The notes: generated by a model not told the origin, from the letters alone. A stretch of 64,000 nucleotides of DNA from Cycas panzhihuaensis (GCA_023213395.1 CM041465.1:82963741-83027740), one strand, 5' to 3'. Counted from the stretch's first letter, positions 48,412 to 63,000 are shown. Numbers and translations: made by a program.

Positions 48412-51087
48412 ATTGTGGCAATGCCCATGCATCTATGATAAAAAATAATAACATTCACAATATAAAACATTCAACTATTAACATCATATCAAACATCACA
48501 ACAAATTTTCACAATAATTTAGAGATTATAGCAATTAGTAGAATAGTAACAAATTAATATTAGATTTGTGATAGTGAATATATCTTCAAATGAAATGACA
48601 ACAATGTTTTGTCTTTTTTGAGGTAAAGGTTTTCTTCCGATTGGCACAACATGTTCTAATGGTTTTAGGATATTAGTCTAGATCAAAATATCAATTTCTT
48701 AAAATTGATTTATAAATGAATAGTGTTTCTCTATTTATAACCCTACGTTTTCTTATCTAAAAAATTGTCTTTTAATTCTCTCTTAAAAATATTGACTTTA
48801 CATTAATATATTTAGATATGTAACAACTTTTTCTTGTTCTCTTAAAAAATCAACTTTCATAATTAAGAATAAAACAATTGGTGAGAGTATTAGTGTGGGT
48901 GCATGTTGATGAGTGTTGTTCATAGATGCAACTTGATGATGTGTTCCATTTTTCAACCATGAGGCACTCTGTAAAGGAAATTTCAATAGATCTTACTATG
49001 TTTATTTAGAATGATTTTTATTTCCCTATTTTGACCCTTGTCATCCTTGAGTTGACCTTACAAGGCAAAATGTTGGACTAATGTCTCTTAGTTTTCCTTG
49101 ATAACACCCCAATAAAGTTTATGTATTTTTATTATAACTCTAAGTAGAACCATGTATAACTATTGTATTACTTATGAAGAGGGTATTTATATGACCTTCA
49201 AAGTGTGACTCTTGACTCGTCACCTTATTAAGGGCTTTTCATTTCACTTCCAATGACTTTTAATGTGGTCATTCCATGTACTATTTAAGGAGTAATGATT
49301 GGGGTGGAAGGCAATTGTTGAGCATGAGTTCTTAGATGTTTAGTTCTATGGGTGGATTTTTGAGGAAAGCTACATCAAAGTAAACCTGGATTCCACCTAG
49401 AGGAGTCTATTGTATGTAGCACAATTGTAAAGGCTAGTAGAGATAGGCTCATTGTGAAAGTTATTGCATGTAGCTAATGATTGGCATTAATGCATCTAGA
49501 TAAGTCCAACACCGGAATTGATACATCTAGTATATCCACTTATGAAATATGATGCTAATAGGATGACATGGATAGCGGGAAGGATTGACCTATGACTATG
49601 GTTTGGATGCAGAGAGGGTTGTGGTGTATGCAATCTCATTCTTGTTCTTGATGGCTGTGGTGTATGCAATCTCATTCTTGTTCTTGATGGCAGTATTGCT
49701 TGGTTCTCATTGGTGTTTGGTTTCCTTCTTGTTAACTTTTAGATACTCTTATCGAAACTCTCTCTCATTGTCTTCTATTCTAATCTCTTATCTCTTACAA
49801 ACACATTTGTTATGTAATATAGAATAATGGATGGAGAGTTGTTGTTTGTGAATTTGTTAATACAACAATTACATTTTGTAAAGTTTTGATTTTAATTAGT
49901 AAGAAATTTTACAACATATTATTTTTATATTGTTCATTCTTGTGGCTTATAGCACCTTTCTTAACACTTTCTTATTTTTTACCCCAAATATAAAAACAAG
50001 TGTGAAACCTTGAAAAGAGTTTTCGTAAAGTGGGTTTAGGAAAAAAAATGGAAAAGGAGGAGGAAGAAAACACAAATCATCAAGATTGTACGGGTACGCA
50101 CTATGAGGACTAAACCTTAAAGCACATGGACTAATACCTTTCTTAATAATTTCTTCTTTCCTTTTTCCCAAATATTAAAATATAAATGTGAAACCTTGAG
50201 AAGACCTTTGACAAAGTGAGTTTGGAAAAAAACATTGAGAAAGGAAGGGATAAACATAAATCATTAGGATTATATGGGTGGGCTCTATAAGGTCTAAACA
50301 TTAAGTCACACAAGCACCAAATCCAAATCAAGCAAATCTGGGCAAGACAGTGATCCAATGCTTTCATTCCCACAATGGAAGGGCTACTCCCCACTTAAGA
50401 GGCATGGATATTTGTCTTGAGCTTCCAGACTTCAACATTGTGATATTTTCTAATTACAGAAGCAAAGCCTTTTGTCCACTAAGCTAAAGGGGATAGGACA
50501 TAGATGCTTCTATACAAGTCTCAAGGAACAATATTGATTGATCTTAAGCAAAGTGTAGTTGTATTGCTCTTGGCTATTTATTGCTTATTTTATTTTACCT
50601 CTATCTTCCTTTTGCCAATGCAGATATTTGTCTACTATTCAACTCCTCCCCATCATTAAGACCCGTAGGTATGTTACATCCAATTTCACACAACTATTTG
50701 TTTGGATAAAGTTTGGTAAGCATTATACATTGGCAAATCATGCTTCAAAAGATGTTGCTTTATTTTGAGAATGGGGTCTTGCAAAGTGTAACCATCAAAC
50801 TGGCATTCTAAAAAGGCCACAAAATTCATATAGGTTGTTCTAGTAAATCTTAGTCTCTATATCGTGAAGAAAATTTATATTGAAGAATGGGCACATCTCC
50901 ATTTCATGCAAGTTATCACAGGCATAAGCTTTTTGATTTTCATGTATTCCTCTGATGAGATTGTATATAGATTTAGATATAGAAGTGTAATACAAAATAC
51001 ATATTGATGTCTTGTTTGAAAGGACTAGTGTATTATCTTCTACTGATTATTCACGTTATAATATTTCTGACTTTCATTGTTTTGCAG

Positions 51088-51435
51088 TCTCTGGGCAGTC
51101 TAGTTGCATTTCAGGCTATGGTCTCAATTGCCACAATTGGTTTGTACATTGCATATGCTTTGCCTATTCTATTCCGCGTAACACTTGCACGCAGAACATT
51201 TGTCAGAGGTCCTTTCAACCTTGGCTGCTTCAGTCTATTTGTTGGTTGGGTAGCTATCTTATGGGTTGCTACCATCACTGTTCTGTTTTCTCTCCCTGTG
51301 GCATATCCAGTTACAAAAAATACCCTCAACTATACACCTGTTGCAGTTGGGGGACTATTTGTGCTCATTTTGGGGAGTTGGCTTCTCTATGCAAGGCATT
51401 GGTTCAAGGGACCTGTGGCAAATATAAATATATAA
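51088..51435 (+). CDS. BAT1: Terminal coding exon of a BAT1/GABA-permease-type amino-acid transporter (APC superfamily)
   Basis: SLGSLVAFQAMVSIATIGLYIAYALPI...LFSLPVAYP...LNYTPVAVGG...ARHWFKGP matches the recalled plant BAT1 C-terminus. It is preceded by a CTGAC branch-like site and a TTTTGCAG acceptor and ends in TAA. Confidence 0.9.
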   Translation, partial: SLGSLVAFQAMVSIATIGLYIAYALPILFRVTLARRTFVRGPFNLGCFSLFVGWVAILWVATITVLFSLPVAYPVTKNTLNYTPVAVGGLFVLILGSWLLYARHWFKGPVANINI

Positions 51436-53820
51436 GAAATAAAATAGAAGTTTCAATACCATAATTATTTCCTTTGTTAAGGAAGGACATGCATACCATT
51501 TGTTAATTGATTTTAAGGGAAAACTAGTAATGTTATAATTAGTTGAAGTTGTATGTTGTCTATAGCTTATTCTAATTTATATTTAGATATGTAACAACTT
51601 TTTCTTGTTCTCTTAAAAATCTAAGTTTCATAATTAAGAATAAAACAACTGGTGAGAGTATTAGTGTGGGTGTATTTTGATGAGTGTTGTTCCTAGATGC
51701 AACTTGATGATGTGTTCCTTTTCTCAACCAAGAGGCACTCTATAAAGGAAATTTCAATAGATCTTGCTATGTTTATTTAGAATGATTTTTATTTCCCTAC
51801 TTTGACCCTTGTCATCCTTGAGTTGATCTTACAAGGCAAAATGTTCGACTAATGTCTCTTAGTTTTCCTTGATAACACCCCAATAAAGTTTATGTATTTT
51901 TATTATAACCCTAAGTGGAACCATGTACAACTATTGTATTACTTGTGAAGAGGGTGTTTATATGACCTTCAAGGTGTGACTCGACTCGTCACCTTATTAA
52001 GGGCTTTTCATTTCACTTCCAATGACCTTTAATGTGGTCATTCCATGTACTATTTGAGAAATGAATTGGGGTGGAAGGCAATTGTTGAGCATGAGTTCTT
52101 AGATGTTTAGTTCTATGGGTGAATTTGTGAGGAAAGCTACATCAAAGTAAACCTAGATTCCACTTAGAGGAGGCTATTGTATGTAGCACAATTGTAAAGG
52201 CTACTAGAGATAGGCTCATTGTGAAAGTAACTGCATGTAGTGCTAGTGATTGGCATTAATGCATCGAGATAATTCCAACAACGGAATTGATACATCTAAT
52301 ATATCCACTTATGAAATATGATGCTAATAGAATGACATGGATAGCGAGAAGGATTGACCTATGACTATGGTTTGGATGTAGAGAGGATTGTGGTGTAAGC
52401 AATCTTATTCTTGTTCTTGATGGCAGTATTGCTTGGTTCTCATTGGTGTTTGGTTTCCTTCTTGTTAACTTTTAGATACTCTTATTTAGACTCTCTCTCT
52501 CTCATTGTCTTCTATTCTAATCTCTTCTCTCTTACAAACACATTTGTTATGTAATATAGAATAATGGATGGAGATTTATTGTTTGTGAATTTGTTGATAC
52601 GACAATTACATTTTGTAAGGTTTTGATTTTAATTAGTAAGAAATTTTACAACATATGATTTTTATATTATTCATTTTTGTGGTTTATAGCACCTTTCTTA
52701 ATACTTATTTTTTACCCCAAATATAAAAATAAGTGTGAAACCTTGAAAAGAGTTTTCATAAAATGGGTTTGGAAAAAAAAATGGAAAAGGAGGAAGAAAA
52801 CACAATTCATTAGGATTATATGGGTAAGCACCATGAGGACTAAACCTTAAAGCACGTGGACTGACACCTTTCTTAATAATTTCTTCTTTCCTTTTTCCCA
52901 AATATTAAAATATAAATGTGAAACCTTGAGAAGACCTTTCACAAAGTGGGTTTGGAAAAAGAAATTTGAGAAAGGAAGGGAAAAGCATAAATCATTAGGA
53001 TTATATGGGTGTGCTCTATAAGGTCTAAACATTAAGTCACACAAGCACCAAATCCAAATCAAGCAAATCTGGGCAAGACAGTGATCCAATGCCTCCATTC
53101 CCACAATGGAAGGGCTACTCCCCACTTAAGAGGCATGGATATTTGTCTTGAGCTTCTAGACTGGAGCATTGTGATATTTACTAATTATAGAAGCAAAGCC
53201 TTTTGTCCACTAAGTTAAAAGGGATAGGACATAGATGCTTCTATACAAGTCTCAAGGAACAATATTGATTGATCTTAAGCAAAGTGCAGTTATATTGCTC
53301 TTGGATATTTATTGCTTATTTTATTTTACCTCTATCTTCCTTTTGCCAATGCGGGATATTTGTCTACTATTCAACTCCTCCCCATCATTAAGACCCGTAG
53401 GCATGTTACATCCAATTTCACACAACTATTTATTTGGATAAAGTTTGGTAAGCATTATACATTGGCAAATCATGCTTTAAAAGATGTTGCTTTATTTTGA
53501 GAATGGGTTCTTATTAAGCGTAACCATCAAACTGGCATTCTGAAAAGGCCACAAAATTCATATAGGTTGTTCTAGTGAATCTTAGTCTTTATATCATGAA
53601 GAAAATTTATATTGAAGAATGGGCACATCTCCATTTCATGCAAGTTATCACAGGCATAAGCTTTTTGATTTTCATGTATTCCTCTGATGAGATTGTATAT
53701 AGATTTAGATATAGAAGTGTAATACAGAATACATATTGATGTCTTGTTTGAAAGGACTAGTGTATTATCTTTCTACTGATTATTCACGTTATAATATTTC
53801 TGACTTTCATTGTTTTGCAA

Positions 53821-54168
53821 TCTCTGGGTAGTCTAGTTGCATTTCAGGCTATGGTCTCAATTGCCACAATTGGTTTGTACATTGCATATGCTTTGCCTAT
53901 TCTGTTCCGCGTAACACTTGCACGTAGAACTTTTGTCAGAGGTCCTTTCAACCTTGGCCGCTTCAGTCTATTTGTTGGTTGGGTAGCTATTTTATGGGTT
54001 GCTACCATCATTGTTCTATTTTCTCTCCCCGTGGCATATCCAGTTACAAAAGATACCCTCAATTATACACCTGTTGTAGTTGGGGGACTGTTTGTGCTCA
54101 CTTTGGGGAGTTGGCTTGTCTATGCAAGGCATTGGTTCAAGGGACCTGTGGCAAATATAAATATGTAA
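53821..54168 (+). pseudogene. BAT1: Duplicate BAT1 terminal exon with mutated splice acceptor (CAG to CAA)
   Basis: Same open frame as 51088-51435 but preceded by TTTTGCAA. Confidence 0.8.
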
Positions 54169-56300
54169 GAAATAAAACAGAAGTTTCAATACCATAATTA
54201 TTTCCTTTGTTAAGGAAGGACAAGCATACCATTTGTTAATTGATTTTAAGGGAAAACTAGCAATGTTATAATCAATTGAAGTTGTATGTTGTCTATATCT
54301 TATTCTAATTCATATTTATGTAAATATCCTTGGCCATAATAATGGAATTTACTTCTAGGCAATTCAAATATCATCAATTCCTTTTCATATTTTATATTCA
54401 AACTTCATATTTCCTCTTTTAATAAAAATTTGTCTAGGGATGGCATGTTTGCTTTTCTATCAAAATTTCCATTAGAGAAGTGCAAAATTTGAATGTTGAC
54501 TCTTGATTTTTGATGATGAGATCAGTTAAACTTACCTTAAAATAACAATCTCTGGTTGGCATTAATAAATCTTAATCATGGATGCCATAATAATAAAATC
54601 AATATATACCACTTATCAAGACTGAATATAGGGTGGTCATATTTCGATTAGAACTTGCAGCACATTGTGATATTGGCAATTTGTATAGGTTTCTCTGATT
54701 CAATGTTGGCTTGTAATCAAGTAAATCAAATCTGAAGTGTAAGTCCAATTTTAATGACATACATCTCACAACTGATAAATCTGTAAGGCGAATTCAAAGT
54801 ATGCAATGGATGATACTTTTCAGGAACAAAAGATTTGTTAAGTATCCATTGAGATTTGTTTGGAGAAGTTCATGTGATACACATTTCATTTTAAAAGGAC
54901 ATAAGGGTCCAAATACAAAATGCATTTTCTCTCTACTATTTATCAGTGAAAATGAAAGAGATGGTCAAAACAACTCGAAAAATAGAAACAAAGTGAAAAT
55001 GAGAATAGAAGAAAAAGATCATTAACTTATAGAATTATTAAAAACTTGGGATGAGTAGTCAAGATGCACATCATGTTATTACAATTTTCAAGAGTGCATC
55101 ATTAGTGGATATTTCAAACTTTTTAATTAGGTTTCTTTTATTAAACTTTTATGTTTGTCAACCTTGTCATATTCTCGCTTATTTCTTAGGTGTTTGAATG
55201 TTCTTTGGGTTAATGGCCCACTATTTCTTATTCTTTCTTGTTCTCTCATTGTAAAACATAAGACTTTTTTAATGGACTTTCATTGTTTTCTTATATGCAT
55301 AGGGTGCAATTATTTAAATGACTTTTATAAGCCTTGATCCATAGTGTTTTGTATATGTAGGCTCTTGGTCATAAATCAATGTCAGTGATGGTTGGGCCAT
55401 ACAGAGGATGAAGGAAAGAGAGGAGATTTTTGTTAAGATAGAGGATCAAGATGAAAAAGCACTTAATCACATAGATTAGGATTAGGAGATCAATCTTTTC
55501 ATTAAAAATTGTCACCTTTTCTTCCCCTATTCTTGTATAACTGCAATCTTTGGACTCGAGCAATTTGCATAATGTAAAAGTAGTTGGAAACCAAAATTTT
55601 AACCTCATTTTGGTCTAGCTGGATTTGCAGAGTCCATACTTAAATTTGTAGATAAGCCATAGTCTTGGCACATGTGTCTTCTAGCTCAATTGTTTCTAGT
55701 TTACATCTATCAAGTCTTTAATAATACAATCCTTTTATCTAATCTTTTGTTGCAAGTTGCCCTTAATTTCTGTTGCTTGGCATATGTACTCTAATTTTTC
55801 CATTAGTTGCCAAGGGATGCATCCAGTGGTTGCAACACATCCCATCTAAGCATATTTAACTAGTGGTTAATAGATTCAATTTATTTCATATAATTAAAAA
55901 TATCAATGAAATAATGATAATTATCTACCCAAAATTAGTGTGTAAACTGAGTTCTAAGCACTAGATAGTGAAGCCGCTTTTCCTTTATTACATAAACCAA
56001 TTGTTATAGCTCCAAAAACCTACTACTAGATTACACCAAAATTTCTACCTTTCCTTGTCTTCTTAGACCTTCAAAGCCAAAATTTCTACCTCCTTTTCAT
56101 CTAGATGTACTTCGTAAAGTCCACACTTGTTTTTGTAGGTAAGCCATAGTCTAGGCATGCAACTCTTGTATATTACTTAATCGTTTTCAGTTTAGCATCT
56201 TCTTGTCTAATCCTTTGTTGCAAGTTGGCTTTGGTTGGTGCTACTCGGCTCTTGCTTTTAGATCATTTCTTCCATTGTTATTTCTATTTAACACCTCTTT

Positions 56301-56805
56301 TGTAACAGGTTCAGAATCATACAATAGACAAAAGCTCTATTTTCAATAACAAAGATATATTTAAAGTAGATCACAACGCTTCATAACGATAAATCTCATA
56401 TGTTCACAGCAGATAATTGCAGCAGTAAAACCTCATACATAATATTCAGCAGAGAGCAATAGCATATGTGAACAATAGTAAATAATATTAATAGAATGAT
56501 AGTACCCGATACAAAATATTCAACAGCATTGACGAATCTTCTTTGAGGCAAGAGCGACCCTCTAATAGGCATGAGACCCTAATGCCACGAGGCCATTATT
56601 CATTCATAACATAAATTCTCCAAGATGATTCACAAATGAGGGTGGCATCTTTATTTATAACCAACTTCTTAATTTTTCCTCTAAAAATTGACTTCATAAT
56701 AAAATAAATTAAATGATTCTTCTTTTAATTACTCTAAAAACTAACTTTTTCATAATAAATTCTCCATATAAAACTGACTTTTTCTTTTAATTTTGGAACG
56801 CTACA
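56301..56805 (-). repeat. Putative 3' LTR of a decayed gypsy element extending to ~58300
   Basis: TGTA...TACA termini, adjacent PPT (minus strand AAGGGGAGGGGAA, 56807-56819) and a gag-like GIDAREWVEWVE remnant near 58230. Confidence 0.6.
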
Positions 56806-58887
56806 ATTCCCCTCCCCTTAAAATAATACTTCACCCTCAAAGTATTGAGAATTGCTTGTAGCTCGGTCTAGTCTTCTAATCACCTTCTACTAGATCCTAT
56901 ACATCATGAAGATTTGGCTCGATCTTGAGTATTCTATGGAGGATTTGCTAACATGCATCTTGTATTTGTCAGTGTTTGTTCATGTGGCCAGGTACATGTT
57001 GTATCTTGTTCTACATCGGGAGGATCCTGGGACCTATGATATTTCGCAATTGTCTTGTCTTGGCCTTGCCTTGTGTTTGCACATTTTATTTTCAAATGAA
57101 ATGGTTTATGGAAGGAGAAGTAAGAATTTTGTAAAAATAATTGATCGTAAAGGTCATGGATTGGCGATTATTTATTGTGAAAAGAAAAAGAAATGGAGGA
57201 ATTATGAACTAAGATCAAACATCGCTTCGAAGGAATAAGAAGAAATGATGAAAATTTGTGTAGGTAAATTGGACCACAACACTTTTTGCGAAAGAAAGAT
57301 GGATGGGAAATCAACAATAGATGTTTTTATGAAAAAAAGGCTTTAATAGGTTTTTAGGAATGGTATTTAGACAAAAGAAAATATTTAATCGAAAAAAATA
57401 ATATTGATGGTATGAAATTGAAGGGGTTTGGGAAAAGTAGAATGGGGTTTTGTAAGGGGTAATACTAAGAGATGAAACGTGACAAACAAATTGAAGTTGT
57501 AGAGTATTTTGTTGAGGATGATCTATAAGGGGTGGAAAAGTATGTACGTAAAGGGATGAACTAGGGTTACAAAGATGGATTGGGATTTGACCTACAAAAA
57601 AATTAGAGTTAAAGAGATTATGATTATGGCTAACTACGAGATTTAGAAAAGAAAATTTTTCTATAGCTACTGAGCGAGAAAAAGAGAGATGACAAATAAT
57701 ACTACCAAAAGAGATATGCATGTGCAACACAGGATCAATGAGTACCTTGTATGAGGTTTTTTGTGATTCTTCTTCAAAATCGACTTATTCTTCCTTGTCT
57801 TTGTGCTGCCCCTATAACTTCACTTTGGATTTCTTCTCTAATATTGATTTGAGATTCTTCTGTTGCTCGAGCTTGCTTCGAATCTTCTATGTAGTCATGT
57901 TGTTCCCTCTGGATTGATTCCTGTTTTAGCCCTTGCAAAATCTTTATTTCTTCTCCTTCTTTTTCTACTTTTTCCCCTTCATTTGTTTGCTTTAATGCTT
58001 TAGTACCCTCACCTTGATTGTGGGTTTGATGATCTTTTTGTTGTTGTCCAAATGTTTTGATAAATGCACGTCGAAACCAAAACTAATCGGTGTGTCCTAT
58101 TGATTCGTTGGACTAATTATTGAACCAATCAAAGGATTTTTTTCCTAAAAACAATTCTAAGTCTGCCCAATAAATGTCAATTTTTATACTCCTTGTGAAT
58201 TGATTTTGAGCTTCAACCCATTCTACCCATTCTCTTGCATCGATGCCTTCATTGAGCTCAAAAAGGTCCAACATCTTTTCTTAGTCTAAAAATATTGTTC
58301 TCAACTGTCTCTTTGTCAATAAAACTATGACTTTAATGATAAAAATCTTTATTCTCTACAAGTCAAAACCATCACATATAACCACTCGTTACAAGCATAT
58401 ACAATTTGATTTAGGATTTTAATCTCTTAATTAAAAAGTAGATAAGTTAAATATTGTTAATTGGGATGGGACACGTAAATAATAATGTTTAAAAATTAGG
58501 AATATGCTTAGAGATGGGTTTTTATATCATATAATTTTAACAATATTAAGTCTTAGAACATAGCACTAATTAGCTATGGCATTCTATAATATTATGTAAA
58601 GGAATAAATTAATGCTTAAGAAGTCACAATGGAATTTGTTGATAATCATTAAATCTAATGAATTACATCATGGGATAAAATTTAAGGGAAAAACCATGTG
58701 AAAATGGTATTCTAGTGGATATGTTCCATTCGAGAAATTTTAGAATGGTTAATAAAATGTAAAATGGTCTATTCCTTAGTATTAAATGGTTAAGAAATTT
58801 TCTAACTAAATGCATGTTAAAGGATGAAAACTTTGATGTCTTGTCAATTTATTATGATGCTATGTTAGAAAACAAACTCTAATACCA

Positions 58888-60034
58888 TGTTAGAATATCT
58901 TGCACAATATTGATACTAATGTTGAAGAAATTAAAGTAATAATAAGATCATTAGACAAGAGAGGATCATTAACAAGGATGTGAATAAACAAATAAATAAA
59001 CAAATGAAATAATAAGATACATATTTATAGTAGAAAATCTAAAAATGAAAAAAACACTCTCTAAAGTACTATCACTTTTATAAAATTGTGTCTTCCTTAG
59101 TATCACTATGTCAATAAAATATTGAACTAGGATATTTACCTTGATACTTTAAATTAATTCCATAAAAAAAAAATCCTACCTTGCTACAATGGCATCCATT
59201 TAAATAATTAAAGTAAATACTATCCTTTGAAACAAATATACGTTATTCTTTTTATACTAACTATTAGGATCATATATTATTATATGATATCATAATTAAG
59301 TGTAACTCCATAACCATATTTGACCTATATTTCTAAAGGAGTAAGTAATGCATGAGAACTAAGGTCATTGGTATTTCTCCTCTCTTACCAAGGACATTAT
59401 TATCTTAGTGATGAATTTATAAGCTCTAAACTTAATAAGCACTCCCTCACTACTATTCTAAATAGCCCTCCCTTGATTAGAATCCTTATTAAATAGTAAT
59501 TCATGGACAAATAATTGATTTGACTATCAATAAATAGATGGTAAATATATTATGCTAATTTAATATTTATAAGTTAGCATAACTCTTTGCATAACCCTTC
59601 AACTCACTCCCTATTACTAATTCAATAAATATTAATCAATTACTTTATGGCCCCTTTTCTAAAGTTTACTTAATGGATAACTATTGTGTTAGCTTCCTGA
59701 ACCTATGATCAACTTAGCAAATGTATTCCTATTATACTAAGAGTTAGATGTTAAGACTTACAATAATACTTAGTAACTATAGAAAAAGGGAAGACTCTCC
59801 AATGATACTCCATCTTAATGTTTGTCTACTTACAATTATTTTTTATTGGGTTTTGATTTAGTTCTTATGAAGCCCTTAAAACCAATATTATTACCATAAA
59901 AGCTTATTATATATTTTACTACTTTAGCTCATATCTCAATTTTAAACATCAAGGCAACCTCAATCATTTATTAAAATAAAATCTATATTATATTATATAT
60001 CATAAACTAATTTTTATTCAAGTTTTAAATTAAA

Positions 60035-60073
<39 letters not shown>

Positions 60074-60080
60074 TCTAACA
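58888..60080 (-). repeat. Putative copia-type LTR with adjacent PBS (58876-58887)
   Basis: TGTTAGA...TCTAACA inverted termini, with minus strand TGGTATTAGAGT directly abutting. Confidence 0.55.
60042..60072. repeat. (GT)n microsatellite
   Basis: Direct reading. Confidence 0.95.
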
Positions 60081-63000
60081 CAACTTATAAGTTAACTATA
60101 GTTATGATTAATTATCAAATTTTTAAATATTAAGAAGTTAGCTTCAATTATGATTATTATTAGATAGGCAAATAATTACCTATAAATATGGGATTGTCAT
60201 TCATTTATAAATAATCTTTTATGAATTAATTCATTTAGGGTATTTTGACCATTTGGGCTCTTAGGAGCTTCATTTCACCTTTCCTTTTATATTTCTTTTG
60301 TGATTGAAGAAGTGAATCTAATTTAAGATCATTTCAAGTGGTATTAGAGTCTCATTTTTTGCCTATTAAGGATCTACATTTTTGGGTGTATAAATAAAAG
60401 AATTTCAAGAAAATAACCACAAATTTAAGTCAAACATGTCTATTTTATAAAATTTAAGTAGTTATACTATTGGTTTTGGAGTAAAATTATGAAAATTATA
60501 GGTAATTTAATTTTAGTCAATTATTCATCACTACCTTTAGGGACTAAAATCTACTACTGCAACTTTAAATAGATATAACTTTGGCTATAAGTATATACTT
60601 AAACTTTTTTTTTTTAATCTATGCTATATCTAATTTTTGTTAAAAGTGGTTTTAGATCCATTAAATGTTGAAGTAAAAAGTTGTTTTCATTTTAGTAATA
60701 AGTACTACTTTAGTCCCTTGAAACCCTGATTGTGATATAATCACCTATTATCTGTAGAACTTGCTTTCTAAACATGTGATCAATGGACTTGGTGGTAAGT
60801 GTTAACTATGTTTTGTATGCATGCCATTTATGTCCACCAATAAAATTAGAAGCCACTTACACTACCAAGGGTATTTATGTAGAAGGCCTCTCTTGTCTAT
60901 TTAAGGCTTGCCAAATGTAAAATGAGGATTATTATGTATTAAGATCATAAGTGATAACGTACCTCGATGCATCTTTGGTTCTCTTTAAGAGTCTTTATAA
61001 GTACCCAACTTCTATAATTATGTTCTTTGTGATAATAAAGAGAGACCATTACTTCTATATTATGCCCTTTGAGGTATTTGAACTTCCTAGTTTATGGAGG
61101 AATATCAGGTGGTAATGTCCTACATGGTATTAGAGGTTGACTCTCTAGTCCATCTAAAGTAGCAAAGTATAATCATAAAGACAAAACATAATAGGAGAAA
61201 CAAAAAAAATTGTATTTCTTTTTTCCACTATGAAAATTCTTAAATCCTCTCCTTCTCATTTTGCTTATTTATTGTTATTTTATGTTTGAGTACTCACTAT
61301 ATCATTCTCTCATCAATTGCAAAGATTGCCATTCTCTCATGAATAACAAAGATTAAGGAAAGACAATAAGCATCCTATAGCCTTTTTATTTTCCATAGAG
61401 TCTAGATAAAGACCTTATTATGGGGGTCTTTAAAAATCCATGAGTCATTATCATTCTTAGTTACATGTACTTGGTTATATGCCAATACGTGAAGTAAAAT
61501 TGGTTACCTACTTACACAGGCCTTAAATAATACCTGCAAATAGAAGTGAATCTCCACATACCTTTAAGTATATAGGAGGATCCCTTTAGGCTATCATCCC
61601 TATCCTAGGATAGATAACCTATTGACTGCCTAAAATTTTATAGTGCATTAATTAACAATTAATACCATGAAGTTATCCTTCTCAAACATCTTAACATGGT
61701 TATTGCAATTATAGGTATGGTGATCCTTCATACTTCGTACCATGAGATATTGGGTTGAGTATTAGCAAAGATTGAGAAGTTTATTGAAGGGCCTATAGGC
61801 TAGAAAAGCCTTATATCATAAGTTTGTTAAGAGCCCAAATATTACCTTGCATTTGCAAAAGTTATTGTTAAAGTATAATAAGAAAAGAAAAACCCATTAT
61901 CAGCAAAATATAAGGTATACAAATCAAGTTACTCTAGACTCATATTACAACAATTGTAGCAAATTATTCAAGCCTTAATTCATAAACTTTTTCTTATCTA
62001 AACTTTTAGCTACAAGTCTAAAAGTTATCTTCCCTCCCTCCCTCCTACCAAAAAAAAAAAGGAAATACAAGTAAAAAACTACCCATAGATTTATACCTCC
62101 AAAAGCGATTTAGGTGTAAAAGGTGTCCATAACTTAAAATTTACCCTTGCTTTTCATATATTTTATTTTAATGAGCATGTCATACTGATCATTTTCCACT
62201 AAGTTATATTTAACCTCAAATTTGATAAAAGAATTAATGATTGATTCCATTAATTCATCAAGGATTCATTGTATTGTATTATATTTATGTAATGTTTGTA
62301 TATTTTTTACATTAAGGGCTTCATTGTCATAAATGTGTTAAGTCATAACTTAATATTTTAAACCTAGTATATGGGGATATTTTTTTCTCTCCATGTTAAA
62401 ATATTATAAAGTCAATTTAATCATGCAAGGTGCTAATTGTCACCTTACATGATCTTACATTCAATATTCCCATGTTTATTGTAAGTGCATATTTTGTTGC
62501 TTATACAAGGCTTTTAGTATGTAATGTTTTATACAATGTATTATTCATAAGAGATTAATACAAATTATATTTATTTTGGAGCCTATGAAAACTTCATCGC
62601 TTCTTTCTATTGAGTTGAATGTTTTATTATATTAAGTGCATTTGTAGGTGTGAGTGAGTTTTGAACTTGGGTTGAAAACAGGTAGATCATTCACCTCTTA
62701 ATTGGTATCAAAGTTGATCTTTAAGTTGCTTTCAAAGAATTTTTTAGCCTACCTTACGAGCTAAGTCTCTAGTCTACCTCCTTAGCATACTTCATTACAA
62801 TAACTGCCATCAAGTACTTGGTAGATTTTTCATTGTAGTATTAATCTCTATTTAAAAAATGAATTGTTATACCTTAAAATATACAACTCTATAATGGTAC
62901 TCTATACTTATCATAAGTACTTAGTACTTGTCCTCTTTAATCACTTATTTTCTTCTACATACTAGATTTATTTATGGACTCTTATCTTTTCAACAACTCA

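Larger units (their letters stand above)
48808..54318. repeat. ~2.75-kb tandem duplication (48808-51578 / 51579-54311) containing the BAT1 last exon
   Basis: Collinear high-identity copies, with ATATTTA microhomology at all three junction points. Confidence 0.95.

Noticed and set aside
49585-49827. Hydrophobic ORF as a possible upstream BAT1 exon
   Set aside because: It is generated by a 36-bp duplication in T-rich sequence, is interrupted by a stop in the second copy and lacks BAT1 motifs.
51004-51087. N-terminal extension of ORF 51004..51435
   Set aside because: Intronic sequence upstream of the CAG acceptor, and frameshifted in copy 2.
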